Positions 24,533-35,800 of a stretch of 54,013 bases of DNA are shown piece after piece (within the stretch, counting starts at the first letter, position 1; each line of letters starts with the position of its first letter). The notes under the pieces are model-generated. The model had not been told where the DNA came from, searched no databases, and saw only the letters and a program-made list of their open reading frames with translations. Source of the DNA: a virus (lineage: Duplodnaviria > Heunggongvirae > Uroviricota > Caudoviricetes). Made by a program: the position numbers and the translations under genes. Location of the stretch: the IMG/VR virus record IMGVR_UViG_2778261162_000003, one strand, 5' to 3'.

Positions 24533-24928
24533 ATGACGAAAGATGAACTGATTGCCCGTCTTCAGGTGCTGGGTGAGCAACTGAACCGTGATGTCAGCCT
24601 GACGGGGACGAAAGAAGAACTGGTGCTCCGTGTGGCAGAGCTGGAAGAGGAGCTTGATGACACGGATGACGCTGCCGGTCAGGACACATCTGTCAGCCCG
24701 GAAAATGCGCTGACCGGACATGAAAATGAGGTGGTATCAGCGCAGCCGGATACCGTGATTGATACGGCTGCTCTGGTCACGGTCGTGGCACTGGTGACGC
24801 TGCATACCGATGCACTTCACGCCACGCGGGATGAGGCTGTGGCATTTGTGCTGCCGGGAACGGCGTTCCGTGTCTCTGCCGGTGTGGCAGCTGAAATGAC
24901 AGAGCGCGGCCTGGCCAGAATGCAATAA
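24533..24928 (+). CDS. FI: DNA packaging protein FI
   Basis: 132 aa from MTKDELIARLQVLGEQLNRDV..., matches lambda gpFI. Confidence 0.9.
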   Translation: MTKDELIARLQVLGEQLNRDVSLTGTKEELVLRVAELEEELDDTDDAAGQDTSVSPENALTGHENEVVSAQPDTVIDTAALVTVVALVTLHTDALHATRDEAVAFVLPGTAFRVSAGVAAEMTERGLARMQ

Positions 24929-24939
24929 CGGGAGGCGCT

Positions 24940-25293
24940 GTGGCTGATTTCGATAACCTGTTCGATGCTGCCATTGCCCGCGCCGATGAAACGATACGCG
25001 GGTACATGGGAACGTCAGCCACCATGACATCCGGTGAGCAGTCCGGCGCAGTAATACGTGGTGTTTTTGATGACCCTGAAAATATCAGCTATGCCGGACA
25101 GGGCGTGCGCGTTGAAGGCTCCAGCCCGTCCCTGTTTGTCCGGACTGATGATGTGCGGCAACTGCGGCGTGGAGACACGCTGACCATCGGTGAGGAAAAC
25201 TTCTGGATAGACCGGGTTTCGCCGGATGATGGTGGAAGCTGTCATCTCTGGCTTGGGCGGGGCGTACCGCCTGCCGTTAACCGTCGCCGCTGA
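24940..25293 (+). CDS. FII: Head completion protein FII
   Basis: 117 aa, matches lambda gpFII. Confidence 0.93.
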   Translation: MADFDNLFDAAIARADETIRGYMGTSATMTSGEQSGAVIRGVFDDPENISYAGQGVRVEGSSPSLFVRTDDVRQLRRGDTLTIGEENFWIDRVSPDDGGSCHLWLGRGVPPAVNRRR

Positions 25294-25304
25294 AAGGGGG
25301 ATGT

Positions 25305-25883
25305 ATGGCCATAAAAGGTCTTGAGCAGGCCGTTGAAAACCTCAGCCGTATCAGCAAAACGGCGGTGCCTGGTGCCGCCGCAATGGCCATTAACCGCGTT
25401 GCGTCATCCGCGATATCGCAGTCGGTGGCACAGGTTGCCCGTGAGACAAAGGTACGCCGGAAACTGGTAAAGGAAAGGGCCAGGCTGAAAAGGGCCACGG
25501 TCAAAAATCCGCAGGCCAGAATCAGGGTTAACCGGGGGGATTTGCCCGTAATCAAGCTGGGTAACGCGCGGGTTGTCCTTTCCCGCCGCAGACGTCGTAA
25601 AAAGGGGCAGCGTTCATCCCTGAAAGGTGGCGGCAGCGTGCTTGTGGTGGGAAACCGTCGTATTCCCGGCGCGTTTATTCAGCAACTGAAAAATGGCCGG
25701 TGGCATGTCATGCAGCGTGTGGCCGGGAAAAACCGTTACCCCATTGATGTGGTGAAAATCCCGATGGCGGTGCCGCTTACCACGGCGTTTAAACAGAATA
25801 TTGAACGGATACGGCGTGAACGTCTTCCGAAAGAGCTGGGCTATGCGCTGCAGCATCAACTGAGAATGGTAATAAAGCGATGA
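25305..25883 (+). CDS. Z: Tail completion protein Z
   Basis: 192 aa, lambda gpZ size and position. Confidence 0.9.
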   Translation: MAIKGLEQAVENLSRISKTAVPGAAAMAINRVASSAISQSVAQVARETKVRRKLVKERARLKRATVKNPQARIRVNRGDLPVIKLGNARVVLSRRRRRKKGQRSSLKGGGSVLVVGNRRIPGAFIQQLKNGRWHVMQRVAGKNRYPIDVVKIPMAVPLTTAFKQNIERIRRERLPKELGYALQHQLRMVIKR

Positions 25884-26275
25884 AACATACTGAACTCCGT
25901 GCAGCCGTACTGGATGCACTGGAGAAGCATGACACCGGGGCGACGCTTTTTGATGGTCGCCCCGCTGTTTTTGATGAGGCGGATTTTCCGGCAATTGCCG
26001 TTTATCTCACCGGCGCTGAATACACGGGCGAAGAGCTGGACAGCGATACCTGGCAGGCGGAGCTGCATATCGAAGTTTTCCTGCCTGCTCAGGTGCCGGA
26101 TTCAGAGCTGGATGCGTGGATGGAGTCCCGGATTTATCCGGTGATGAGCGATATCCCGGCACTGTCAGATTTGATCACCAGTATGGTGGCCAGCGGCTAT
26201 GACTACCGGCGCGACGATGATGCGGGCCTGTGGAGTTCAGCCGATCTGACTTATGTCATTACCTATGAAATGTGA
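25880..26275 (+). CDS. U: Tail terminator protein U
   Basis: 131 aa, matches lambda gpU. Confidence 0.92.
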   Translation: MKHTELRAAVLDALEKHDTGATLFDGRPAVFDEADFPAIAVYLTGAEYTGEELDSDTWQAELHIEVFLPAQVPDSELDAWMESRIYPVMSDIPALSDLITSMVASGYDYRRDDDAGLWSSADLTYVITYEM

Positions 26276-26282
26276 GGACGCT

Positions 26283-27023
26283 ATGCCTGTACCAAATCCT
26301 ACAATGCCGGTGAAAGGTGCCGGGACCACCCTGTGGGTTTATAAGGGGAGCGGTGACCCTTATGCGAATCCGCTTTCAGACGTTGACTGGTCGCGTCTGG
26401 CAAAAGTTAAAGACCTGACGCCCGGCGAACTGACCGCTGAGTCCTATGACGACAGCTATCTCGATGATGAAGATGCAGACTGGACTGCGACCGGGCAGGG
26501 GCAGAAATCTGCCGGAGATACCAGCTTCACGCTGGCGTGGATGCCCGGAGAGCAGGGGCAGCAGGCGCTGCTGGCGTGGTTTAATGAAGGCGATACCCGT
26601 GCCTATAAAATCCGCTTCCCGAACGGCACGGTCGATGTGTTCCGTGGCTGGGTCAGCAGTATCGGTAAGGCGGTGACGGCGAAGGACGTGATCACCCGCA
26701 CGGTGAAAGTCACCAATGTGGGACGTCCGTCGATGGCAGAAGATCGCAGCACGGTAACAGCGGCAACCGGCATGACCGTGACGCCTGCCAGCACCTCGGT
26801 GGTGAAAGGGCAGAGCACCACGCTGACCGTGGCCTTCCAGCCGGAGGGCGTAACCGACAAGAGCTTCCGTGCGGTGTCTGCGGATAAAACAAAAGCCACC
26901 GTGTCGGTCAGTGGTATGACCATCACCGTGAAAGGTGTTGCTGCAGGCAAGGTCAACATTCCGGTCGTATCCGGTAATGGTGAACTTGCTGCGGTTGCAG
27001 AAATCACCGTCACCGCCAGTTAA
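26283..27023 (+). CDS. V: Major tail tube protein V (with C-terminal Ig-like domain)
   Basis: 246 aa from [22 protein letters not shown]..., matches lambda gpV. Confidence 0.95.
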   Translation: MPVPNPTMPVKGAGTTLWVYKGSGDPYANPLSDVDWSRLAKVKDLTPGELTAESYDDSYLDDEDADWTATGQGQKSAGDTSFTLAWMPGEQGQQALLAWFNEGDTRAYKIRFPNGTVDVFRGWVSSIGKAVTAKDVITRTVKVTNVGRPSMAEDRSTVTAATGMTVTPASTSVVKGQSTTLTVAFQPEGVTDKSFRAVSADKTKATVSVSGMTITVKGVAAGKVNIPVVSGNGELAAVAEITVTAS

Positions 27024-27038
27024 TCCGGGGAGTCAGAG

Positions 27039-27461
27039 ATGTTCCTGAAAACCGAATCATTTGAACATAACGGTGTGACCGTCACGCTTTCTGAACTGTC
27101 AGCCCTGCAGCGTATTGAGCATCTCGCCCTGATGAAACGGCAGGCAGAACAGGCGGAGTCAGACAGCAACCGGAAGTTTACTGTGGAAGACGCCATCAGA
27201 ACCGGCGCGTTTCTGGTGGCGATGTCCCTGTGGCATAACCATCCGAAGAAGACAAAGCTGCCTTCCATGAATGAAGCCGTTAAACAGATTGAGCAGGAAG
27301 TGCTTACCACCTGGCCCACGGAGGCAATTTCTCATGCTGAAAACGTGGTGTACCGGCTGTCCGGTATGTATGAGTTTGTGGTGAATGATGCTCCTGAACA
27401 GACAGAGGACGCCGGGCCTGCAGAGCCTGTTTCTGCGGGAAAGTGTTCGATGGTGAGCTGA
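27039..27461 (+). CDS. G: Tail assembly chaperone G
   Basis: 140 aa, matches lambda gpG; ends just after the slippery site. Confidence 0.93.
   Translation: MFLKTESFEHNGVTVTLSELSALQRIEHLALMKRQAEQAESDSNRKFTVEDAIRTGAFLVAMSLWHNHPKKTKLPSMNEAVKQIEQEVLTTWPTEAISHAENVVYRLSGMYEFVVNDAPEQTEDAGPAEPVSAGKCSMVS
27437..27443 (+). promoter_or_regulatory. Programmed -1 ribosomal frameshift slippery heptamer G GGA AAG (G to G-T fusion)
   Basis: GGGAAAG at 27437-27443 in the G frame; the -1 frame continues as KVFDGELSFALKL..., the T reading frame. Confidence 0.85.
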
Positions 27462-27877
27462 GTTTTGCCCTGAAACTGGCGCGAGAGATGGGGCGACCCG
27501 ACTGGCGTGCCATGCTTGCCGGGATGTCATCCACGGAGTATGCCGACTGGCACCGCTTTTACAGTACCCATTATTTTCATGATGTTCTGCTGGATATGCA
27601 CTTTTCCGGGCTGACGTACACCGTGCTCAGCCTGTTTTTCAGCGATCCGGATATGCATCCGCTGGATTTCAGTCTGCTGAACCGGCGTGAGGCTGACGAA
27701 GAGCCTGAAGATGATGTGCTGATGCAGAAAGCGGCAGGGCTTGCCGGAGGCGTCCGCTTTGGCCCGGACGGGAATGAAGTTATCCCCGCTTCCCCGGATG
27801 TGGCGGACATGACGGAGGATGACGTAATGCTGATGACAGTATCAGAAGGGATCGCAGGAGGAGTCCGGTATGGCTGA
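27443..27877 (+). CDS. T: T portion of the G-T tail assembly chaperone (made only as G-T fusion by -1 frameshift)
   Basis: ORF in the -1 frame relative to G, starting at the slippery site and ending before H; matches lambda gpT. Confidence 0.85.
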   Translation: MFDGELSFALKLAREMGRPDWRAMLAGMSSTEYADWHRFYSTHYFHDVLLDMHFSGLTYTVLSLFFSDPDMHPLDFSLLNRREADEEPEDDVLMQKAAGLAGGVRFGPDGNEVIPASPDVADMTEDDVMLMTVSEGIAGGVRYG

Positions 27878-30449
27878 ACCGGTAGGCGATCTGGTCGTTG
27901 ATTTAAGTCTGGATGCGGCCAGATTTGACGAGCAGATGGCCAGAGTCAGGCGTCATTTTTCCGGTACGGAAACTGATGCGAAAAAAACAGCGGCAGTCGT
28001 TGAACAGTCGCTGAGCCGACAGGCGCTGGCTGCACAGAAAGCGGGGATTTCCGTCGGGCAGTATAAAGCCGCCATGCGTATGCTGCCTGCACAGTTCACC
28101 GACGTGGCCACGCAGCTTGCAGGCGGGCAAAGCCCGTGGCTGATCCTGCTGCAACAGGGGGGTCAGGTTAAGGACTCCTTCGGCGGGATGATCCCCATGT
28201 TCAGGGGGCTTGCCGGTGCGATCACCCTGCCGATGGTGGGGGCCACCTCGCTGGCGGTGGCGACCGGTGCGCTGGCGTATGCCTGGTATCAGGGCAACTC
28301 AACCCTGTCCGATTTCAACAAAACGCTGGTCCTTTCCGGCAATCAGGCGGGACTGACGGCAGATCGTATGCTGGTCCTGTCCAGAGCCGGGCAGGCGGCA
28401 GGGCTGACGTTTAACCAGACCAGCGAGTCACTGACGGCGCTGGTGAATGCCGGTGTGCGTGGTGGTGAGCAGTTTGAGGCGATCAGCCAGAGTGTGGCGC
28501 GTTTCTCCTCTGCATCCGGCGTGGAGGTGGACAAGGTCGCTGAAGCCTTCGGGAAGCTGACCACAGACCCGACGTCGGGACTGACAGCGATGGCACGTCA
28601 GTTCCATAACGTGACGGCGGAGCAGATTGCGTATGTTGCTCAGTTGCAGCGTTCCGGAGATGAAGCCGGGGCATTGCAGGCGGCGAACGAGGCCGCAACG
28701 AAAGGGTTTGATGACCAGACCCGCCGCCTGAAAGAGAACATGGGCACGCTGGAGACCTGGGCAGACAGGACAGCACGGGCATTCAAATCCATGTGGGATT
28801 CGGTGCTGGATATTGGTCGCCCGGACACTGCCCAGGGAATGCTGGAGAAAGCAGAAAAGGCTTTTGATGAGGCGGACAAAAAATGGCAGTGGTATCAGAG
28901 CCGGAGCCACCGGCGCGGTAAAACCTCAGCATTTCTTGCCAATCTCCGGGGAGCATGGGAGGACAGAGCGAATGCGCAACTTGGGCTTTCAGCCGCCACG
29001 TTGCAGGCCGATCTTGAAAAGGCCAGAGAGATGGCAGCAAAGGACTGGGCCGAGTCTGAGGCATCACGGCTGAAATATACCGAAGAGGCGCAGAAGGCTT
29101 ACGAACGGCTGCAGACGCCGCTGGAGAAATATACCGCCCGTCAGGAAGAACTGAACAAGGCACTGAAAGACGGGAAAATCCTGCAGGCGGATTACAACAC
29201 GCTGATGGCGGCGGCGAAAAAGGATTATGAAGCGACGCTGAAAAAGCCGAAACAGTCCGGCGTGAAGGTGTCTGCGGGCGATCGTCAGGAAGACAGTGCT
29301 CATGCTGCCCTGCTGACGCTTCAGGCTGAACTCCGGACGCTGGAGAAGCATGCCGGAGCAAATGAGAAAATCAGCCAGCAGCGCCGGGATTTGTGGAAGG
29401 CGGAGAGCCAGTTCGCGGTACTGGAGGAGGCGGCGCAACGTCGCAAGCTGTCTGCACAGGAGAAATCCCTGCTGGCGCATAAAGATGAGACGCTGGAGTA
29501 CAAACGCCAGCTGGCTGCACTTGGCGACAAGGTTACGTATCAGGAGCGCCTGAACGCGCTGGCGCAGCAGGCGGATAAATTCGCACAGCAGCAACGGGCA
29601 AAACGGGCCGCCATTGATGCGAAAAGCCGGGGGCTGACTGACCGGCAGGCAGAACGGGAAGCCACGGAACAGCGCCTGAAGGAACAGTATGGCGATAATC
29701 CGCTGGCGCTGAATAACGTCATGTCAGAGCAGAAAAAGACCTGGGCGGCTGAAGACCAGCTTCGCGGGAGCTGGATGGCAGGCCTGAAGTCCGGCTGGAG
29801 TGAGTGGGAAGAGAGCGCCACGGACAGTATGTCGCAGGTAAAAAGTGCAGCCACGCAGACCTTTGATGGTATTGCACAGAATATGGCGGCGATGCTGACC
29901 GGCAGTGAGCAGAACTGGCGCAGCTTCACCCGTTCCGTGCTGTCCATGATGACAGAAATTCTGCTTAAGCAGGCAATGGTGGGGATTGTCGGGAGTATCG
30001 GTAGCGCCATTGGCGGGGCTGTTGGTGGCGGCGCATCCGCATCAGGCGGTACAGCCATTCAGGCCGCTGCGGCGAAATTCCATTTTGCAACCGGAGGATT
30101 TACGGGAACCGGCGGCAAATATGAGCCAGCGGGGATTGTTCACCGTGGTGAATTTGTCTTCACGAAGGAGGCAACCAGCCGAATTGGTGTCGGCAACCTG
30201 TACCGCCTGATGCGGGGCTATGCGGAAGGTGGTTATGTGGGCGGTGCCGGAAGTCCGGCGCAGATGCGGCGGGCTGAAGGCATTAATTTTAATCAGAACA
30301 ATCACGTGGTGATTCAGAACGACGGTACGAATGGTCTGCCAGGTCCACAGATGATGAAGGCAGTGTATGACATGGCCCGCAAGGGTGCCCGTGATGAAAT
30401 TCAGGCACAGATGCGCGATGGTGGTCTGTTCTCCGGAGGTGGACGATGA
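27870..30449 (+). CDS. H: Tail tape measure protein H
   Basis: 859 aa; N-terminus and most of the length match lambda gpH; C-terminal region slightly divergent from the recalled lambda sequence. Confidence 0.93.
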   Translation: MAEPVGDLVVDLSLDAARFDEQMARVRRHFSGTETDAKKTAAVVEQSLSRQALAAQKAGISVGQYKAAMRMLPAQFTDVATQLAGGQSPWLILLQQGGQVKDSFGGMIPMFRGLAGAITLPMVGATSLAVATGALAYAWYQGNSTLSDFNKTLVLSGNQAGLTADRMLVLSRAGQAAGLTFNQTSESLTALVNAGVRGGEQFEAISQSVARFSSASGVEVDKVAEAFGKLTTDPTSGLTAMARQFHNVTAEQIAYVAQLQRSGDEAGALQAANEAATKGFDDQTRRLKENMGTLETWADRTARAFKSMWDSVLDIGRPDTAQGMLEKAEKAFDEADKKWQWYQSRSHRRGKTSAFLANLRGAWEDRANAQLGLSAATLQADLEKAREMAAKDWAESEASRLKYTEEAQKAYERLQTPLEKYTARQEELNKALKDGKILQADYNTLMAAAKKDYEATLKKPKQSGVKVSAGDRQEDSAHAALLTLQAELRTLEKHAGANEKISQQRRDLWKAESQFAVLEEAAQRRKLSAQEKSLLAHKDETLEYKRQLAALGDKVTYQERLNALAQQADKFAQQQRAKRAAIDAKSRGLTDRQAEREATEQRLKEQYGDNPLALNNVMSEQKKTWAAEDQLRGSWMAGLKSGWSEWEESATDSMSQVKSAATQTFDGIAQNMAAMLTGSEQNWRSFTRSVLSMMTEILLKQAMVGIVGSIGSAIGGAVGGGASASGGTAIQAAAAKFHFATGGFTGTGGKYEPAGIVHRGEFVFTKEATSRIGVGNLYRLMRGYAEGGYVGGAGSPAQMRRAEGINFNQNNHVVIQNDGTNGLPGPQMMKAVYDMARKGARDEIQAQMRDGGLFSGGGR

Positions 30450-30775
30450 AGACCTTCCGCTGGAAAGTGAAACCCGGTATGGATGTGGCTTCGGCCCCTT
30501 CCGTCAGGAAAGTGCGCTTTGGTGATGGCTATTCCCAGCGAGCGCCTGCCGGGCTGAATGCCGACCTGAAAACGTACAGCGTGACGCTTTCTGTTCCCCG
30601 TTGGGAGGCCACGGCGCTGGAGTCGTTTCTGGCTGAGCACGGGGGCTGGAAAGCCTTTCTGTGGACGCCGCCTTATGAGTGGCGGCAGATAAAGGTGACC
30701 TGCGCAAAATGGTCGTCGCGGGTCAGTATGCTGCGTGTTGAGTTCAGCGCAGAGTTTGAACAGGTGGTGAACTGA
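30446..30775 (+). CDS. M: Tail tip protein M
   Basis: 109 aa, matches lambda gpM. Confidence 0.93.
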   Translation: MKTFRWKVKPGMDVASAPSVRKVRFGDGYSQRAPAGLNADLKTYSVTLSVPRWEATALESFLAEHGGWKAFLWTPPYEWRQIKVTCAKWSSRVSMLRVEFSAEFEQVVN

Positions 30776-31473
30776 TGCAGGATATCCGGCAGGAAACACT
30801 GAATGAATGCACCCGTGCGGAGCAGTCGGCCAGCGTGGTGCTCTGGGAAATCGACCTGACAGAGGTCGGTGGAGAACGTTATTTTTTCTGTAATGAGCAG
30901 AACGAAAAAGGTGAGCCGGTCACCTGGCAGGGGCGACAGTATCAGCCGTATCCCATTCAGGGGAGTGGTTTTGAACTGAATGGCAAAGGCACCAGTACGC
31001 GCCCCACACTGACGGTTTCTAACCTGTACGGTATGGTCACCGGGATGGCGGAAGATCTGCAGAGTCTGGTCGGTGGAACGGTGGTCCGGCGTAAGGTTTA
31101 CGCCCGTTTTCTGGATGCGGTGAACTTCGTCAACGGAAACAGTGGCGCCGATCCGGAGCAGGAGGTGATCAGCCGCTGGCGCATTGAGCAGTGCAGCGAA
31201 CTGAGCGCGGTGAGTGCCTCTTTTGTACTGTCCACGCCGACGGAAACGGATGGCGCTGTTTTTCCGGGACGTATCATGCTGGCCAACACCTGCACCTGGA
31301 CCTATCGCGGTGACGAGTGCGGTTATAGCGGTCCGGCTGTCGCGGATGAATATGACCAGCCAACGTCCGATATCACGAAGGATAAATGCAGCAAATGCCT
31401 GAGCGGTTGTAAGTTCCGCAATAACGTCGGCAACTTTGGCGGCTTCCTTTCCATTAACAAACTTTCGCAGTAA
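30775..31473 (+). CDS. L: Tail tip protein L
   Basis: 232 aa, matches lambda gpL; Cys cluster near the C-terminus. Confidence 0.93.
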   Translation: MQDIRQETLNECTRAEQSASVVLWEIDLTEVGGERYFFCNEQNEKGEPVTWQGRQYQPYPIQGSGFELNGKGTSTRPTLTVSNLYGMVTGMAEDLQSLVGGTVVRRKVYARFLDAVNFVNGNSGADPEQEVISRWRIEQCSELSAVSASFVLSTPTETDGAVFPGRIMLANTCTWTYRGDECGYSGPAVADEYDQPTSDITKDKCSKCLSGCKFRNNVGNFGGFLSINKLSQ

Positions 31474-31478
31474 ATCCC

Positions 31479-32222
31479 ATGACACAGACAGAATCAGCGA
31501 TTCTGGCGCACGCCCGGCGATGTGCGCCAGCGGAGTCGTGCGGCTTCGTGGTAAGCACGCCGGAGGGGGAAAGATATTTCCCCTGCGTGAATATCTCCGG
31601 TGAGCCGGAGGCGTATTTCCGTATGTCGCCGGAAGACTGGCTGCAGGCAGAAATGCAGGGTGAGATTGTGGCGCTGGTCCACAGCCACCCCGGTGGTCTG
31701 CCCTGGCTGAGTGAGGTCGACCGGCGGCTGCAGGTGCAGAGTGATTTGCCGTGGTGGCTGGTCTGCCGGGGGACGATTCATAAGTTCCGCTGTGTGCCGC
31801 ATCTCACCGGGCGGCGCTTTGAGCACGGTGTGACGGACTGTTACACACTGTTCCGGGATGCTTATCATCTGGCGGGGATTGAGATGCCGGACTTTCATCG
31901 TGAGGATGACTGGTGGCGTAACGGCCAGAATCTCTATCTGGATAATCTGGAGGCGACGGGGCTGTATCAGGTGCCGTTGTCAGCGGCACAGCCGGGCGAT
32001 GTGCTGCTGTGCTGTTTTGGTTCATCGGTGCCGAATCACGCCGCAATTTACTGCGGCGACGGCGAGCTGCTGCACCATATTCCTGAACAACTGAGCAAAC
32101 GAGAGAGGTACACCGACAAATGGCAGCGACGCACACACTCCCTCTGGCGTCACCGGGCATGGCGCGCATCTGCCTTTACGGGGATTTACAACGATTTGGT
32201 CGCCGCATCGACCTTCGTGTGA
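31479..32222 (+). CDS. K: Tail tip assembly protein K (JAMM/MPN plus NlpC/P60-like domains)
   Basis: 247-aa ORF; JAMM-like motif HSHPGGLPWLSEVD in the N-terminal part; overlaps I as in lambda. Confidence 0.85.
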   Translation: MTQTESAILAHARRCAPAESCGFVVSTPEGERYFPCVNISGEPEAYFRMSPEDWLQAEMQGEIVALVHSHPGGLPWLSEVDRRLQVQSDLPWWLVCRGTIHKFRCVPHLTGRRFEHGVTDCYTLFRDAYHLAGIEMPDFHREDDWWRNGQNLYLDNLEATGLYQVPLSAAQPGDVLLCCFGSSVPNHAAIYCGDGELLHHIPEQLSKRERYTDKWQRRTHSLWRHRAWRASAFTGIYNDLVAASTFV

Positions 32223-32791
32223 AAACGGGGGCTGAAGCCATCCGGGCACTGGCCACACAGCTCCCGGCGTTTCGTCAGAAACTGAGCGACGGCTGGTATC
32301 AGGTACGGATTGCCGGGCGGGACGTCAGCACGTCCGGGTTAACGGCGCAGTTACATGAGACTCTGCCTGATGGCGCTGTGATTCATATTGTTCCCAGAGT
32401 CGCCGGGGCCAAGTCAGGTGGCGTATTCCAGATTGTCCTGGGGGCTGCCGCCATTGCCGGATCATTCTTTACCGCCGGAGCCACCCTTGCAGCATGGGGG
32501 GCAGCCATTGGGGCCGGTGGTATGACCGGCATCCTGTTTTCTCTCGGTGCCAGTATGGTGCTCGGTGGTGTGGCGCAGATGCTGGCACCGAAAGCCAGAA
32601 CTCCCCGTACACAGACAACGGATAACGGTAAGCAGAACACCTATTTCTCCTCACTGGATAACATGGTTGCCCAGGGCAATGTTCTGCCTGTTCTGTACGG
32701 GGAAATGCGCGTGGGGTCACGCGTGGTTTCTCAGGAGATCAGCACGGCAGACGAAGGGGACGGTGGTCAGGTTGTGGTGATTGGTCGCTGA
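32120..32791 (+). CDS. I: Tail tip assembly protein I
   Basis: 223 aa, matches lambda gpI (MAATHTLPLASPGMARICLYGDLQRFGRRIDLRV...). Confidence 0.93.
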   Translation: MAATHTLPLASPGMARICLYGDLQRFGRRIDLRVKTGAEAIRALATQLPAFRQKLSDGWYQVRIAGRDVSTSGLTAQLHETLPDGAVIHIVPRVAGAKSGGVFQIVLGAAAIAGSFFTAGATLAAWGAAIGAGGMTGILFSLGASMVLGGVAQMLAPKARTPRTQTTDNGKQNTYFSSLDNMVAQGNVLPVLYGEMRVGSRVVSQEISTADEGDGGQVVVIGR

Positions 32792-32851
32792 TGCAAAATG
32801 TTTTATGTGAAACCGCCTGCGGGCGGTTTTGTCGTTTATGGAGCGTGAGGA

Positions 32852-35800
32852 ATGGGTAAAGGAAGCAGTAAGGGGCATACCCCGCGCGAAGCGAAGGACA
32901 ACCTGAAGTCCACGCAGTTGCTGAGTGTGATTGATGCCATCAGTGAAGGGCCGATTGAAGGTCCGGTGGATGGATTAAAAAGCGTGCTGCTGAACAGTAC
33001 GTCGGTGCTGGACAGTGATGGGAATACCAACATCGCCGGTGTCACGGTGGTGTTCCGGGCTGGTGAGCAGGAGCAGACTCCGCCGGAGGGATTTGAATCC
33101 TCCGGCTCCGAGACGGTGTTGGGTACGGAAGTGAAATACGACACGCCGATCACCCGCGCCATCACGTCGGCAAACATCGACCGACTGCGCTTTACCTTCG
33201 GTGTGCAGGCACTGGTGGAAACCACCTCAAAGGGGGACCGGAATCCGTCGGAAGTTCGCCTGCTGGTTCAGATACAGCGTAATGGTGGCTGGGTGACGGA
33301 AAAAGACATCACCATTAAGGGCAAAACCACCTCGCAGTATCTGGCCTCGGTGGTGGTGGATAACCTGCCGCCGCGCCCGTTTAATATCCGGATGCGCAGA
33401 ATGACGCCGGACAGCACCACAGACCAGCTGCAGAACAAAACGCTCTGGTCGTCATACACCGAAATCATCGATGTGAAACAGTGCTACCCGAACACGGCAC
33501 TGGTCGGCGTGCAGGTGGACTCGGAACAGTTCGGCAGCCAGCAGGTGAGCCGTAATTATCATCTTCGCGGGCGCATTCTGCAGGTGCCGTCGAACTATAA
33601 CCCGCAGACGCGGCAATACAGCGGTATCTGGGACGGAACGTTTAAGCCAGCATACAGCAACAACATGGCCTGGTGTCTGTGGGATATGCTGACCCATCCG
33701 CGCTACGGCATGGGGAAGCGTCTCGGTGCGGCGGATGTGGACAAATGGGCGCTGTATGTCATCGGCCAGAATTGCGACCAGTCGGTGCCGGATGGCTTTG
33801 GTGGCACGGAGCCGCGCATCACCTGTAATGCCTACCTGACCACACAGCGCAAGGCGTGGGATGTTCTCAGTGATTTCTGCTCGGCGATGCGCTGTATGCC
33901 GGTATGGAACGGGCAGACGCTGACGTTCGTGCAGGACCGACCGTCGGATAAGGTGTGGACCTATAACCGCAGTAATGTGGTGATGCCGGATGATGGCGCG
34001 CCGTTCCGCTACAGCTTCAGTGCCCTGAAGGACCGTCATAATGCCGTTGAGGTGAACTGGATTGACCCGGATAACGGCTGGGAGACGGCGACAGAGCTTG
34101 TTGAAGATACGCAGGCCATTCTCCGTTACGGTCGTAACGTCACGAAGATGGATGCCTTTGGCTGTACCAGCCGGGGCAGGCACACCGCGCCGGGCTGTGG
34201 CTGATTAAAACGGAACTACTGGAAACGCAGACCGTGGACTTCAGCGTGGGTGCGGAAGGGCTTCGCCATGTGCCGGGCGATGTCATTGAAATCTGCGATG
34301 ATGACTATGCGGGGATCAGCACCGGCGGGCGCGTGCTGGCGGTGAACAGCCAGACCCGGACGCTGACGCTCGACCGTGAAATCACGCTGCCATCCTCCGG
34401 TACCACGCTGATAAGCCTGGTTGACGGAAGTGGCAATCCGGTCAGCGTGGAGGTCCAGTCCGTCACCGACGGCGTGAAGGTAAAAGTGAGCCGTGTTCCT
34501 GACGGCGTTGCCGGATACAGCGTATGGGGGCTGAAGCTGCCGACGCTGCGCCAGCGCCTGTTCCGCTGCGTGAGTATCCGTGAGAACGACGACGGCACGT
34601 ATGCCATCACCGCCGTGCAGCATGTACCGGAAAAAGAAGCTATCGTGGATAACGGGGCGCACTTTGACGGCGACCAGAGCGGCACGGTGAATGGTGTCAC
34701 GCCGCCAGCAGTGCAGCACCTGACTGCCGAAGTCACCGCAGACAGCGGGGAGTATCAGGTACTGGCCCGCTGGGACACGCCGAAGGTGGTGAAGGGCGTG
34801 AGTTTCATGCTTCGCCTGACCGTGGCAGCGGATGACGGCAGTGAGCGGCTGGTCAGCACGGCCCGGACGACAGAAACCACTTACCGCTTCACACAACTGG
34901 CTCTGGGGAACTACAGGCTGACAGTCCGGGCAGTAAATGCGTGGGGGCAGCAGGGCGATCCGGCGTCGGTATCGTTCCGGATTGCCGCACCGGCAGCGCC
35001 GTCGCGGATTGAGCTGACGCCGGGCTATTTTCAGATAACCGCCACGCCGCATCTTGCGGTTTATGATCCGACGGTACAGTTTGAGTTCTGGTTCTCGGAA
35101 AAACGGATTGCGGATATCAGGCAGGTTGAAACCACAGCACGCTATCTTGGCACGGCGCTGTACTGGATAGCCGCCAGTATCAATATCAGGCCGGGCCATA
35201 ATTATTATTTTTACGTTCGCAGTGTGAACACCGTTGGCAAATCGGCATTCGTGGAGGCTGTTGGTCAGCCGAGTGATGACGCATCCGGCTATCTGGATTT
35301 TTTCAAAGGCGAGATAGGGAAAACCCATCTGGCTCAGGAGCTGTGGACGCAGATTGATAACGGTCAGCTTGCGCCTGACCTGGCTGAAATCAGGACGTCC
35401 ATAACGGATGTCAGCAATGAAATCACACAGACCGTCAATAAGAAACTGGAAGACCAGAGTGCAGCGATCCAGCAGATACAGAAGGTTCAGGTTGATACAA
35501 ATAATAATCTGAACAGCATGTGGGCTGTGAAGCTGCAGCAGATGCAGGACGGACGCCTTTATATCGCGGGTATCGGTGCCGGTATTGAGAACACCCCCGA
35601 CGGCATGCAGAGTCAGGTGCTGCTGGCGGCAGACAGGATTGCGATGATTAATCCTGCAAATGGCAACACAAAACCGATGTTTGTTGGTCAGGGTGATCAG
35701 ATATTCATGAATGAAGTGTTCCTGAAATATCTGACGGCTCCCACCATTACCAGCGGCGGTAATCCTCCTGCATTTTCCCTGACACCGGACGGAAAGCTGA

